The position numbers were made by a program, and so were the translations under genes. A stretch of DNA of 46,663 nt, taken from positions 1 to 46,663 of IMG/VR virus record IMGVR_UViG_3300012347_000217, one strand, 5' to 3'. The notes beneath the pieces were generated by a model that was not told the DNA's origin, made no database searches, and saw nothing but the letters and a program-made list of their open reading frames with translations. This document shows positions 21,987 to 32,187 of this stretch, in pieces (the first letter of the stretch is position 1; the number at the start of each line of letters is the position of its first letter). This DNA comes from a virus (Duplodnaviria; Heunggongvirae; Uroviricota; Caudoviricetes).

Positions 21987-23349
21987 ATTGGTTATTTTCG
22001 ATTTGGATGGTGTACTCATTGAATCTCGTGAATTACATTTTGATGCACTCAATGCCGCACTACGTAAAGTGGGTGAAGAATATGTAATCTCACGTGAGGA
22101 GCACCTATCACTATATGATGGTTTGAATACAACACGTAAACTGGAAATGCTGTCTGAACAGAAAGGTTTAGACCGTAAGTATTTCAATCAAGTCTGGAAA
22201 GACAAGCAAACCGCTACATTCGATTTGCTGGCTCAATTTCCAATCAACCACAATGCCGGCTATATAATCTCACAACTTAAACTAAAAGGCTGGAAAGTAG
22301 CAGTTGCTTCGAATTCTATACGAGAGACTGTGCGCATCGCATTGAATGCCATTGGTGTTTTGGGTATGGTCGATTACTATGTGTCGAATGAAGATGTGAA
22401 ACGACCAAAACCTTATCCAGAAATGTACTGGAAATGTATGGTTGCACTCAATGCTCTTCCTAAAGATACTGTTATTGTTGAAGATAGTCATATTGGACGA
22501 CAAGGTGCCATTGATTCTGGTGCCAACTTGTTTCCGATTGAAAATGCAAAAGACTTGAATTCGTTCAGGCTATTTGAGAAACTTGATGAAGTTGAAAGAA
22601 ACCAAACTATGAAAAATATCCCATGGCGTGATAAGAAATTGAATGTATTGATTCCTATGGCTGGCGCAGGCTCACGCTTCGCACAAGCCGGTTACACATT
22701 CCCCAAACCACTAATTGAAGTTCGTGGCAAGCCAATGATCCAAGTCGTCGTTGAGAACTTGAACATCGAAGCAAACTATATCTTCTTGGTTCAACGTGAA
22801 CACTATCAGAAGTATAACCTACAATACTTGCTAAACTTGATTGCACCTAATTGCAAGATTGTTCAAGTTGACGGTATTACAGAAGGTGCTGCTTGCACTA
22901 CCTTGCTTGCTAAAGAGTTCATCGACAATGATGCTCCTTTGGTTATGGCAAACTCTGACCAATATGTGGAGTGGAACTCGAACGAATGTATGTACGCTTT
23001 CTCTGCTGATTCTATTGATGGTGGCATTCTTACATTTGAAGCAACTCATCCTAAATGGTCCTACGCTAAAGTCGGTGAAGACGGATTTGTATCAGAAGTT
23101 GCAGAAAAGAAACCGATTTCTAATACTGCTACAGTCGGCGTATATTATTGGGCTCATGGTTCTGACTACGTTAAGTATGCAGAGCAAATGATTGCTAAGA
23201 ACATTCGTACAAATAATGAATTCTATGTTGCTCCTGTATTCAATGAAGCGATTGGTGATGGTAAGAAGATTCGTGTGAAGAACATTGAACGCATGTGGGG
23301 TATTGGTACTCCCGAAGATTTAAACTACTTTTTGGAGAACAATAAATGA
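21979..23349 (+). CDS. HAD phosphatase fused to a sugar nucleotidyltransferase
   Basis: DLDGV...KP.P...EDS HAD motifs followed by IPMAGAGSRF...PKPL...GIGTPEDL. Confidence 0.9.
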   Translation: MSKLVIFDLDGVLIESRELHFDALNAALRKVGEEYVISREEHLSLYDGLNTTRKLEMLSEQKGLDRKYFNQVWKDKQTATFDLLAQFPINHNAGYIISQLKLKGWKVAVASNSIRETVRIALNAIGVLGMVDYYVSNEDVKRPKPYPEMYWKCMVALNALPKDTVIVEDSHIGRQGAIDSGANLFPIENAKDLNSFRLFEKLDEVERNQTMKNIPWRDKKLNVLIPMAGAGSRFAQAGYTFPKPLIEVRGKPMIQVVVENLNIEANYIFLVQREHYQKYNLQYLLNLIAPNCKIVQVDGITEGAACTTLLAKEFIDNDAPLVMANSDQYVEWNSNECMYAFSADSIDGGILTFEATHPKWSYAKVGEDGFVSEVAEKKPISNTATVGVYYWAHGSDYVKYAEQMIAKNIRTNNEFYVAPVFNEAIGDGKKIRVKNIERMWGIGTPEDLNYFLENNK

Positions 23350-23954
23350 GATATATCCTAGACGTTGGCGCACATTGGGGCCAAGATTCACTACACCTTG
23401 CTAAACAGTATGAAGATGTTACTGTAATTGCTTTTGAGCCAACACCAGAACTAGCACAGAGACTCCGTGACGAGTCTAAAGATTTCGCAGACCGTTATCG
23501 TGTGTACGAAGTTGCTATCTCCGATTTCAACGGCAAAGCAGACTTTCATATGGTTGAAGGTGACACTGGTTCAGCATCACTCAATGAGTTCTCAGACAAC
23601 CTGGATCAGTCCTGGCCTGGTCGTACAGACTTCGTAGTACGTGGCTCTAAAGAAGTGGATGTGTTTCGTTTAGATACATGGTTGCCGGCAAATGCACCAG
23701 AAATTACGACTATCGAACACTTACACATTGATGCTCAAGGTTCAGACTTGGCTGTTCTGCGTGGTCTTGGTGACATGATTAGCATGGTACAAACAGGTGT
23801 TGTTGAAGTGCCTCAAGCACCAGAACTAAGACTATATAAAGGTCAACATACTAAGGAAGATGCTATATCATTTTTAGTATGGAAAGGTTTTGAGATTAGT
23901 AAAGTTACCTCACAGGTGAATGAAGATAATATTTATTTTGAAAGAGCTAAATGA
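23346..23954 (+). CDS. FkbM-family methyltransferase
   Basis: LDVGAHWG, FEP, HIDAQGSD motifs. Confidence 0.9.
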   Translation: MRYILDVGAHWGQDSLHLAKQYEDVTVIAFEPTPELAQRLRDESKDFADRYRVYEVAISDFNGKADFHMVEGDTGSASLNEFSDNLDQSWPGRTDFVVRGSKEVDVFRLDTWLPANAPEITTIEHLHIDAQGSDLAVLRGLGDMISMVQTGVVEVPQAPELRLYKGQHTKEDAISFLVWKGFEISKVTSQVNEDNIYFERAK

Positions 23955-24664
23955 ACGTAGCAGTAATTTTAACAGGACACATGCGTTGCTGGGAACAAGT
24001 ATTCCCCAACTTCAAAGAACGAATCATTGACCGATATAATCCTGATATCTTCATTCACACATGGGAAGATGAAGCATATTGGGATCCACACAGTAAAGCT
24101 GGTATCACCGAAAATGGTCCAACGATTGATTATGAAAAGATTATCGAAACATACAAGCCTGTAGATTTCGTCATGGAAAACTTAGACGACTTCAAAGAAG
24201 GTTTTGAAGAACGTGCTGCCTATTACACAAATCACTACCATGTACCGAAGAATATCATTTCTATGTTGTACAAACTTGGTCAAGGTGTTATGATGATGGA
24301 AGACCATATGTTCCGTACAGGCAAGACATATGACTTGGTCATTCGTGTTCGTCCAGATTTGGTGTTCAATGAGCCTCTACCAGAATTTAGTCCAAACAAG
24401 TTCTATACATTGGGCTACAGAAACCATATGGGACAAGGTACATCTGACATGATTCAAGTTGGTAACTTCTTCACTATGTCTATCTTCTCTAAGATTCTAC
24501 ATCATCTACCGAGCCTGTATCACGAGACTGGTTTGTTGTGTCCACACGTTGTGTCTGAACACTTCATCAAACGACTTGGCTTACCATGGGAAGAGTTTAT
24601 GATTAACAAGACAATCATGCACACACCTTTGGGTGAATATAAAGCGAAAGAATTGTATCAATGA
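23951..24664 (+). CDS. Glycosyltransferase-like hypothetical protein
   Basis: VAVILTGHMR, FIHTW, RVRPD; paralogous in pattern to 25109. Confidence 0.7.
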   Translation: MNVAVILTGHMRCWEQVFPNFKERIIDRYNPDIFIHTWEDEAYWDPHSKAGITENGPTIDYEKIIETYKPVDFVMENLDDFKEGFEERAAYYTNHYHVPKNIISMLYKLGQGVMMMEDHMFRTGKTYDLVIRVRPDLVFNEPLPEFSPNKFYTLGYRNHMGQGTSDMIQVGNFFTMSIFSKILHHLPSLYHETGLLCPHVVSEHFIKRLGLPWEEFMINKTIMHTPLGEYKAKELYQ

Positions 24665-25143
24665 AATATATCGCACATCGTGGTCTGGTAGAAGGACCAA
24701 ATAAAGATTTGGAAAATCGTCCAGAACAAATTAAACGTGTTTTGGATATGGGCTACGATTGCGAAATTGACCTATGGAGAATAGGTCAGAAATGGTTTCT
24801 TGGACACGATGAACCACAATATGAGGTTGACGAGGACTTCGTTAAGATGGATGGACTTTGGATCCACTGTAAGAATTTAGAAGCACTCTACATGTTGACA
24901 ACCTCAACAACATTCTTATACACATTCTTCTGGCACCAGAATGACGATTTCACCTTAACATCTGATGGTTATATTTGGACATATCCAAATAAAGATTTGT
25001 CCAATGTCTCCATTGCTGTTATGCCTGAATTATATCCAGAATACTGGGACTATATAAAGAAGGTCGAAATCGCAGGTGTCTGCACAGATTATGTGGAAAA
25101 AATTAAGAATGAAATTAGCACTATGCCTCTCTGGTCAGCCTAG
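24661..25143 (+). CDS. Glycerophosphodiester phosphodiesterase-like protein
   Basis: IAHRG, EN, EID, HD, HCKN, TD motifs. Confidence 0.85.
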   Translation: MKYIAHRGLVEGPNKDLENRPEQIKRVLDMGYDCEIDLWRIGQKWFLGHDEPQYEVDEDFVKMDGLWIHCKNLEALYMLTTSTTFLYTFFWHQNDDFTLTSDGYIWTYPNKDLSNVSIAVMPELYPEYWDYIKKVEIAGVCTDYVEKIKNEISTMPLWSA

Positions 25144-25822
25144 AAGTTACGCAAAGACATACGAGTACCTCAAACAAAATCTACTTGACGTACATGATGT
25201 AGATATATTCATACACACTTGGAAGCCAAAGGGTGTAGCAAACTATTTACAAATGTACGAGGATTTGAATGCTCTATATCAACCAAAGTATTTGGTGATG
25301 GATGATCCTCTACCCGAGACTGTGAACAATCACATGTTTGTTCCCAATTTATCACATCCAGCAAACTTTGTGACTTCAATGTTCTACTCACTTTATCGTG
25401 CAAATGATTGTCGAGCCAGACACGAAATGACACACGACACCAAGTATGATTTTGTCATTCGCTCCCGCCTAGACTTTGCTTTAAATACTCAGATAGATTT
25501 CGAATCTCTGAGCAAAGATATCGTCTATGTACCAAAAGATGCTGAAGGTGATACACTATTCAATGACCAATTTGCAGTGGCCAGCGTCGATAATATGAAC
25601 TGTTATGCTTCGACTTTCCTAACTATGTCTAGACTATATCAGAGGGGTGTTCCCCTTTGCGGACATAGATTGTTGGAGAATAACCTACATATTAACAATA
25701 TTAAATATTCGCAATTGGATGTCAACCACCCGTTTGTTGATGGTAAATTCAACATAGGAAGACACTCAATTATTCGTGACGATATGACACAATGGGTAGA
25801 TCCTAAAATTTGGGGATACTAA
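25109..25822 (+). CDS. Glycosyltransferase-like hypothetical protein
   Basis: LALCLSGQPR, FIHTW, RSRLD, NDQFA; start at the internal ATG. Confidence 0.7.
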   Translation: MKLALCLSGQPRSYAKTYEYLKQNLLDVHDVDIFIHTWKPKGVANYLQMYEDLNALYQPKYLVMDDPLPETVNNHMFVPNLSHPANFVTSMFYSLYRANDCRARHEMTHDTKYDFVIRSRLDFALNTQIDFESLSKDIVYVPKDAEGDTLFNDQFAVASVDNMNCYASTFLTMSRLYQRGVPLCGHRLLENNLHINNIKYSQLDVNHPFVDGKFNIGRHSIIRDDMTQWVDPKIWGY

Positions 25823-25825
25823 ATA
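25818..25825 (+). promoter_or_regulatory. Late-promoter-like ACTAAATA
   Basis: Upstream of the 25861-32881 block. Confidence 0.45.
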
Positions 25826-25860
25826 ATAGATAGTCGCAGTGTACTATTCAATCTAAAAAT

Positions 25861-27138
25861 ATGAAATCATTTTCCAAAATAAAAGAAGCACACAATAAGC
25901 ATCATGGCATGTTCAAGGCCATATTCGTTTCTGGTGGTCCAGGTTCTGGTAAGGACCTCGTCATCCGTGAGGCTATTACTGAAAAAACTGCCACAGAGAT
26001 AAACGCAACTTTGGCTATCTCTATTCTGAGAGATAAGCATAGACTTTCAGAGCATTCCAAAGATTTTCGCCGTGAAGCTATCCGTAATAGAAGTGCATTG
26101 ATTATCAACGGAACTACAACAGAATATGAAAACATCTGTGCAATCAAAGAAGAACTCGAAGAACTAGGCTACGAAACCATGATGGTATTCGTCAATACAA
26201 GCAACGAGTCCTCACAGAAAAGAAATGCTGGTCTGGAACGCATGTTAGACGAAGAAGTCCGTCTGCAACGCTGGACTATTACCCAACAAATCTCGGAGAT
26301 ATTCAATGAACAATTCTCCAAGTACCTCGAATTTGATAATTCACTAGATTTGAGTGAAGCGACAAAACAACAAAAGATTGAGAAACAGGAAGATATTGCT
26401 ATTATTTCCGAAATGAGCAAGTGGTTCTTCGGTATGCCGATAACCAATGAAATTGCAGAACTATGGTTATATAAGAATAAGAAAATCAATGTTAACTCAA
26501 TATTCGAACAAATAATCAATCGTAAGGAAAACTATGTTTCAGAAAATCAAACAGATAGCTCGTCTGCTATTACCGAAGGATGCGGCTGTGGTTCAGCCAA
26601 GCCAGCCAAGCCAAGAAAGCTCAAGCTCCTTGACAACATCTGTCCAAGTTGCCAGCTCACCAGAAAAGCAGGAAAAGCAGATTCCGTTAAAGACGGAGAC
26701 GTTGCCAGTAACAAAGGTTTCACCTTCGGAACCTACCACGAAGCGCAAACCGTCACCATCCGTCCAGAAATCAAAGTCCCCCGTTTCGAACGAGACAAAG
26801 AAACCGACAAAGCCAAGAAGCTCAAAACCAAGCAAGCCGAAGGTGGTAAAGTCTTAAAGGTTCCGGGTCTAAGTCCAGAGTATGATACTCGTGGCTCAGG
26901 TACAGTATATCCAATGTCTGGTCTAGGTAATGTTACATATAAGGAACAGACAGAGAATAAATACAAGAGTACCGCAGAGGTAACACGCAAATCATTCTCT
27001 AAATTTAGAGTCGAATCAATAGATTCACCTTCCACAGAAATGGGTGTCACTGGCGGACAATACGGTCCTTCCAATAAAGAGCCAATGGGCACTTTGAATA
27101 AGATACCTACCAACCTCAAAAAGAAAACCAAGAATTAA
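25861..27138 (+). CDS. P-loop kinase-like (zeta-toxin/AAA_33-type) domain plus low-complexity tail
   Basis: FVSGGPGSGKD Walker A, IINGT, RN..R lid. Confidence 0.75.
   Translation: MKSFSKIKEAHNKHHGMFKAIFVSGGPGSGKDLVIREAITEKTATEINATLAISILRDKHRLSEHSKDFRREAIRNRSALIINGTTTEYENICAIKEELEELGYETMMVFVNTSNESSQKRNAGLERMLDEEVRLQRWTITQQISEIFNEQFSKYLEFDNSLDLSEATKQQKIEKQEDIAIISEMSKWFFGMPITNEIAELWLYKNKKINVNSIFEQIINRKENYVSENQTDSSSAITEGCGCGSAKPAKPRKLKLLDNICPSCQLTRKAGKADSVKDGDVASNKGFTFGTYHEAQTVTIRPEIKVPRFERDKETDKAKKLKTKQAEGGKVLKVPGLSPEYDTRGSGTVYPMSGLGNVTYKEQTENKYKSTAEVTRKSFSKFRVESIDSPSTEMGVTGGQYGPSNKEPMGTLNKIPTNLKKKTKN
26534..26857 (+). CDS. Possible overprinted Lys/Pro/Ser-rich protein in the +1 frame
   Basis: AAGGA a few nt before the ATG; amphipathic N-terminus MFQKIKQIARLLL; basic tail. 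Confidence 0.4.
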   Translation: MFQKIKQIARLLLPKDAAVVQPSQPSQESSSSLTTSVQVASSPEKQEKQIPLKTETLPVTKVSPSEPTTKRKPSPSVQKSKSPVSNETKKPTKPRSSKPSKPKVVKS

Positions 27139-27149
27139 GCGGAGAAACC

Positions 27150-28958
27150 ATGTTTACTAAAAACGCATTCAACGGCAAAGCCGATCCAGTAGCAGATTCC
27201 ATCAAAGCAATTGCGGAAGCTGATTATGCACTTAAAAAGGAAGCCCTAAAGGGTGGACAAGTTAAGTTGGATAAGAACAAGAATAACAAACTTGATGCGG
27301 ACGATTTCAAAATTCTCCGTGGACAAAAAAAAGTAACTGAAGCTGACGAGAAGCCTCGTTCTGCCGGTTCAGTATTTGACAAAGACGTTGCTAAGTCTTT
27401 TGAAAAGAAGAAGCCTGGAGAGTCAACTGGCCACGAAGCCAAGAAGACCTCTACTGGCACACAGTACACAAAGAAGGCTCCAGCAGAAACTAATGAAAGT
27501 TTCTCGTCTTTCAAAGACAAACTAAAGTCTGGTGCTAAGAAAGTTCTAGCTAAAGTTGGTGGTGGCTCAGATGAAGACCAACGCAAGCGTCTACAAAAGA
27601 ACATGGGTATTCCACAGACTGGTAAGCCAGCTATGGCAAAGCAAAACGAAGAATTTGACCTAGAAGCTATTGATCCAGCTTTGGTTGAAGAATTCATGCA
27701 GACAGAAGAATTCGAACAGTTGGATGAATTGAGCAAGAAGACACTTTCAAGTTATGTCAAAAAATCTTCCGATGATTTGGGATATCATGCTGCTCGTGTT
27801 GCCGGTGGTGTTAAAGATGTGGCACGCCATGGTGGTAAAAACACACCAATCGGAAAAGAATTACAGAAGGATGTTGAAAAATCTGTTCACATCCGAGATA
27901 AACGTTCATCTGGTATTGATAAGGCTGCAACGAAACTTGCTAAAGAGGAAGTTGAGGAGATCAGCGAACTAAAAAAGTCCACGCTGGCGAGCTACGTTAA
28001 GAAAGCGGCTAAAGATTCTGTTGTTCAAGGTTTCGCAATAGGTGATGCAATCAAATCTAAGAACTGGTCTGCTGGTGCGAAAGCTGGCGACAAGTCAAAA
28101 GCTCGTGTCAAGGGTGTAGAGAGAGCAGCAGATAGACTTGCTAAAGAAGAAGTTGAAGAACTTTCTGAACTAAAAAAGTCTACGCTGGCGAGCTACGTGG
28201 GCAAGGCCAAAGATGACATTAAAGACACCGCTGATTCTCGCCGTTCAGGTGACAAAGAAGAAGCTAAGTGGGGTAAAGAACGTTTGGTAAAACGTAATCT
28301 TGGAATGTTCAGTGCTAAAAAACGTTTAGCCAAAGAAGATATTGAATCTGTCGATGAAGGTCAAAAATGGCCAGATACATCTACTTCATTAGCTAAACGC
28401 AGTGCTGTTGCTACAAGTTTAAAAGGTGCTCCATCTAAAGCTGGCCGCACCAGTGGCATGACAGTTGCAACAAGAGTTGAGCCGACAATTACATCCACAA
28501 AAGTTAAAAAGCTTGGTGCAGACCGTCCCGTACCTTCATTTTTGAAGAAAGAAGAAGTTGAGCAAATCGAAGAACTAAGTAAAGGTACTTTATCTAGTTA
28601 CGCAAACAAATCCGCAACTGATGCTGTGGACAATCTTTCGAAAGCACACGATTTCAAATCAATTTCAGATAGAATTAAAGCTAGACCAGCAGGAAAAGTC
28701 GGAGACAATCTGATGGATAGAGCTTCTAAACTTGAGAAGAAGCACCAAGATAAAGCTAACAAGAGAACTGCTGGTTTCATCAAGGCAACTACACGCTTGA
28801 AAAAAGAAGAAGTTGAAACATTGGATGAATTAAATAAAGATACATTGCAATCTTATCAAGATAAAGCCATGAAAACAGCTCCAAGCAAAAATGGAAATTG
28901 GGTAAGCCGTATTAATGGTATCGCAAGATCCGCAGAAAAGTTGAAAAAGAAAGACTAA
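27150..28958 (+). CDS. Repetitive Glu/Lys-rich protein, probable head-internal polyprotein
   Basis: Five EE(V/F)E-x2-EL-xKxTLxSY modules; EF-hand-like DKNKNNKLDADD. Confidence 0.75.
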   Translation: MFTKNAFNGKADPVADSIKAIAEADYALKKEALKGGQVKLDKNKNNKLDADDFKILRGQKKVTEADEKPRSAGSVFDKDVAKSFEKKKPGESTGHEAKKTSTGTQYTKKAPAETNESFSSFKDKLKSGAKKVLAKVGGGSDEDQRKRLQKNMGIPQTGKPAMAKQNEEFDLEAIDPALVEEFMQTEEFEQLDELSKKTLSSYVKKSSDDLGYHAARVAGGVKDVARHGGKNTPIGKELQKDVEKSVHIRDKRSSGIDKAATKLAKEEVEEISELKKSTLASYVKKAAKDSVVQGFAIGDAIKSKNWSAGAKAGDKSKARVKGVERAADRLAKEEVEELSELKKSTLASYVGKAKDDIKDTADSRRSGDKEEAKWGKERLVKRNLGMFSAKKRLAKEDIESVDEGQKWPDTSTSLAKRSAVATSLKGAPSKAGRTSGMTVATRVEPTITSTKVKKLGADRPVPSFLKKEEVEQIEELSKGTLSSYANKSATDAVDNLSKAHDFKSISDRIKARPAGKVGDNLMDRASKLEKKHQDKANKRTAGFIKATTRLKKEEVETLDELNKDTLQSYQDKAMKTAPSKNGNWVSRINGIARSAEKLKKKD

Positions 28959-28959
28959 T

Positions 28960-31188
28960 ATGAGCAAACTTGGTAAAATCGTCAAAGGTGCATTTAAAGC
29001 CAAGAAAGAGTCTGTCATGGGTAAACTTGGGGATGCTCCTTTCGAGGATCCTATGGAACCTTGGTCAGCAAAGTATGACTCTCCTGTTAAGGAAGAAGTC
29101 GAAGACTTGACCGAAGACTCTGTTCTTTATCGCTACATCCGTTCGAAGGGTTACAGTCCAGAACATATGGACTTTGCTCATCGTTCTGCTTTCGCTCGTT
29201 CACGTGCATTTAAGACTTATAAAATCATGCACCAAAAACGTAAAGAGCGTGAAGCACAAGGTGGTATCCACGATATCAAGGTTGCGACCAAAGAAGAAGT
29301 TGGTGCCGCTGCATTGTTTAAAGCCTCCGCTGAAAATGCCAAGGCTAAAATGGATTCTATGAAGGCATCTGCTGCAACTAAAGACTACGAAAAGAAACAG
29401 GTGATGAAGTCTGTCACTAAGGAAGAAGTTGAAGACTTAACAGAAGCCGGTGTCGGTGGTCTGATGAACTTCATTCGTTCTAAAGGTCTAGATCCAACAT
29501 CTATGGATGGCAACCACAAGAAGCATTATTCACGTTCGAGTGAGTATCGTGTATTCAAGACTATGCAACCTGAAGCTGAAGAAGCTAAGGCATTGTACAA
29601 GGAACGTGAGAAAGCCAAAGAAGACAAGAAGAAGCCTAAGAAGGTCAATGAGACTTCCGGCATGGGCGAACGTGGTGATGACTGGAACGAAGAAACTACT
29701 CCAGCAAAAGCCAAGAAGCCTTACACACATGAAGTGATCCATATCAAGTCTGGAAGAGTTATGGGAAAATACACTTCTAGTAGCACTGCACACCGTGGCG
29801 CAGACAAGCACGATAACAACTATGGTGGTTACGCACACGCTGTTCGTCCAATCAAGGAAGCTGTTGACGAAAAAGATACAGTCACTATGGATATTCCATT
29901 GTTGATTCGTGTACTTGAATATGCACGTGAAGATGCCAAGACTGACATGGACTTACATAAAGTTGTTGAGAACCTCATCAACATGCGTGGTGATGGTGCC
30001 TTGTCTATGGAAATGTACAATAAGATTGTTGCTATCAAAGAAGCAATCGAAGAAGCCGATTCCACTTACGGAAAACGTGCCGATTCACTTTTGGCAAAAT
30101 CTCATGCTGCACACAGAGCTGGTGATAAAGAAACTGGCAGTAGAGCACACAAATTGTTCCTAAAAGCTAGAAACAAGAACTGGGCTAAACCTGAAGTTAA
30201 AAAGGAAGTAATTAGACGCCAAGGTGCTTCTATTACCAAAGATTATCAAGATCAAGAAGCAAAACGTGGTGTCGGTAACGTTCGTGACCATGTTGAGGTT
30301 ATCGGCACTGTTGTTGAAGCCGATTCTCTCGAAGAAGGTGTTGTCGATTCTGCTAAAAAAGTATGGAAAGCAATAAGCGACTTCGACAGTTCTTCTCCAA
30401 AATATGATGGCAACACAAAAAGACGCCAAGAATTGCGTAAGAAATTGGTTACACAAAAACAAAAGAAGATGACAGAAGCTGATGAAGCCAAGTATGGTGA
30501 AAAGTATCAAGCTGCTGTTAAACGTGTTGGCCAAAAGGCTGCACAGAAGCCAGTTGATATGAAATCACTTGCTGCTCGTATGCAAGCATCTTATGCAAAA
30601 GATAAGAAGCCACTCAAAGAGTTGAAGAAGCAAGATGATAACCAAGAACTTGACGCACACATTACACGTGAAGAAGTCGAACAACTTTCTGAATTGAGTA
30701 AAGGCACCTTGAAATCGTACATCAGCAAACGTGGCGAAACAATTCATGCTGACAAGGCTGATTCGAATGTTGCTAGAAATAGAGCAGCAGATTTGGAATA
30801 TCGTGGAAAGCAAGCGCAAGCTGATACAAACCATGATGAAGCCGACAGATTACACCAAAGTGCCAGAAAAGGTGCGACGAATGTGACCAAAGCAGCAATC
30901 AAAGTTGCTAAGAAAACCAATGAAGAAGTTGAACAAATTGAAGAAGCTTCTACACGTAAACAGCAGTCTATGAAGTCTGCTCGTATGATTAAATCTCTCT
31001 ACAAGAAGAAATTGAAAGAGAGTACTTATGATTGGGAAAAGGACGACAAAGGCGGTAAAAAGACCACTGCTAAAATCACTGTTAAAGGTGGTACAACTAT
31101 GACGGGCCAGCCTCGTGATACTGTCGAAATTGAACCTATTTTGAAAACTCGTCCAAATAGAGCCGGTGGCATGAAGCCTGAGGCTTAA
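28960..31188 (+). CDS. Repetitive Glu/Lys-rich protein, probable head-internal polyprotein
   Basis: EEVEDLTE and EEVEQLSELSKGTLKSY modules. Confidence 0.75.
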   Translation: MSKLGKIVKGAFKAKKESVMGKLGDAPFEDPMEPWSAKYDSPVKEEVEDLTEDSVLYRYIRSKGYSPEHMDFAHRSAFARSRAFKTYKIMHQKRKEREAQGGIHDIKVATKEEVGAAALFKASAENAKAKMDSMKASAATKDYEKKQVMKSVTKEEVEDLTEAGVGGLMNFIRSKGLDPTSMDGNHKKHYSRSSEYRVFKTMQPEAEEAKALYKEREKAKEDKKKPKKVNETSGMGERGDDWNEETTPAKAKKPYTHEVIHIKSGRVMGKYTSSSTAHRGADKHDNNYGGYAHAVRPIKEAVDEKDTVTMDIPLLIRVLEYAREDAKTDMDLHKVVENLINMRGDGALSMEMYNKIVAIKEAIEEADSTYGKRADSLLAKSHAAHRAGDKETGSRAHKLFLKARNKNWAKPEVKKEVIRRQGASITKDYQDQEAKRGVGNVRDHVEVIGTVVEADSLEEGVVDSAKKVWKAISDFDSSSPKYDGNTKRRQELRKKLVTQKQKKMTEADEAKYGEKYQAAVKRVGQKAAQKPVDMKSLAARMQASYAKDKKPLKELKKQDDNQELDAHITREEVEQLSELSKGTLKSYISKRGETIHADKADSNVARNRAADLEYRGKQAQADTNHDEADRLHQSARKGATNVTKAAIKVAKKTNEEVEQIEEASTRKQQSMKSARMIKSLYKKKLKESTYDWEKDDKGGKKTTAKITVKGGTTMTGQPRDTVEIEPILKTRPNRAGGMKPEA

Positions 31189-31223
31189 TAAATAGTAAAT
31201 AGAATTCTTTTAAGGAGAAAAAA

Positions 31224-31769
31224 ATGTCCTCATGGGGTATGGTAGATTCAAACACAAGCGAGCCATTATGGGCCGCAACGGTTCTTAAAGTTGCACCTAC
31301 AAGTGCCAACGCTAGTATTGTTTTTGGTAATTCCAACGTTTCTGTCGCATTGACAAACGTTGCTGTTGGTGTTTTTGGTGTTGACACACAAGAAACAACT
31401 AACACACAAGTAAGCACAGCAGCTACAAAAATGGCACATGCTGGTTGGGTGATGCGCACAGCAGGTATGGGTGGCGTTGCTACAATTACCGCTAACTCTG
31501 GTGCATATGGTACAAACAGCTTCGTTACATTCTCGAATGGCGGTACAGGTAATACAGCAGCTAACGCTTCTGTGACAGTTAACCAAAACGGTTTAATTAA
31601 TGGTGTAACTATTAATACTAACGGTTTATACTTGACTACACCAACAGCAGTTCCAGTTTCAGGTAATGCAGCATTTACAATCACCATGGGTGGTCGTGCT
31701 AACCGTACTCAATATGAGACTCTAGTTGCTGCTGGTAGCATGGCTGGTGCAAACAGCACTATTAGCTAA
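31224..31769 (+). CDS. Hypothetical Gly/Ala/Thr/Asn-rich (structural-like) protein
   Basis: AAGGAG ribosome-binding site, TAATAAATAG upstream, beta-rich composition. Confidence 0.8.
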   Translation: MSSWGMVDSNTSEPLWAATVLKVAPTSANASIVFGNSNVSVALTNVAVGVFGVDTQETTNTQVSTAATKMAHAGWVMRTAGMGGVATITANSGAYGTNSFVTFSNGGTGNTAANASVTVNQNGLINGVTINTNGLYLTTPTAVPVSGNAAFTITMGGRANRTQYETLVAAGSMAGANSTIS

Positions 31770-31776
31770 TAACTAA

Positions 31777-31796
31777 ATGGGGTAACTCCCATTTTT
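31777..31796 (+). terminator. Short intrinsic terminator-like hairpin
   Basis: ATGGGG-TAAC-TCCCAT-TTTT. Confidence 0.45.
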
Positions 31797-31800
31797 CAAT

Positions 31801-32187
31801 ATGTTCGATGATTTGAATGAAGACAACTTTTTGCTATATGCGGTGAAAGCATATAATTCTCCGCATTGCATAATGAGTGAATTTGAGGGAGACCTTAAAC
31901 GCACGAAATATCTCAAAAGGCTATTTCGTCGCTATAAGATTACCAAGACACTCAAAGAACGGTTGATTTTAAATCATCTAATCTTATTATACAATGTCTT
32001 TGGTGCAGAAGCGGCAACACGAATCCTATTCTATAGGGTGGATGAAGTCGATTATGATGTGCTAAAGACATTCTTGAGTTATTTAAACTATATGCCAGAT
32101 AAAATCACAGGTATAAACGGTAAAGATATACTTTCTTCCGATATACTCGTAGATGTTAATGTGGTAGAAATACTAAGACAGATATGA
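31801..32187 (+). CDS. Conserved T4-like hypothetical protein
   Basis: 128-aa ORF (LNEDNFLLYA...ERLILNH) of a type common in T4-like environmental phages. Confidence 0.8.
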   Translation: MFDDLNEDNFLLYAVKAYNSPHCIMSEFEGDLKRTKYLKRLFRRYKITKTLKERLILNHLILLYNVFGAEAATRILFYRVDEVDYDVLKTFLSYLNYMPDKITGINGKDILSSDILVDVNVVEILRQI

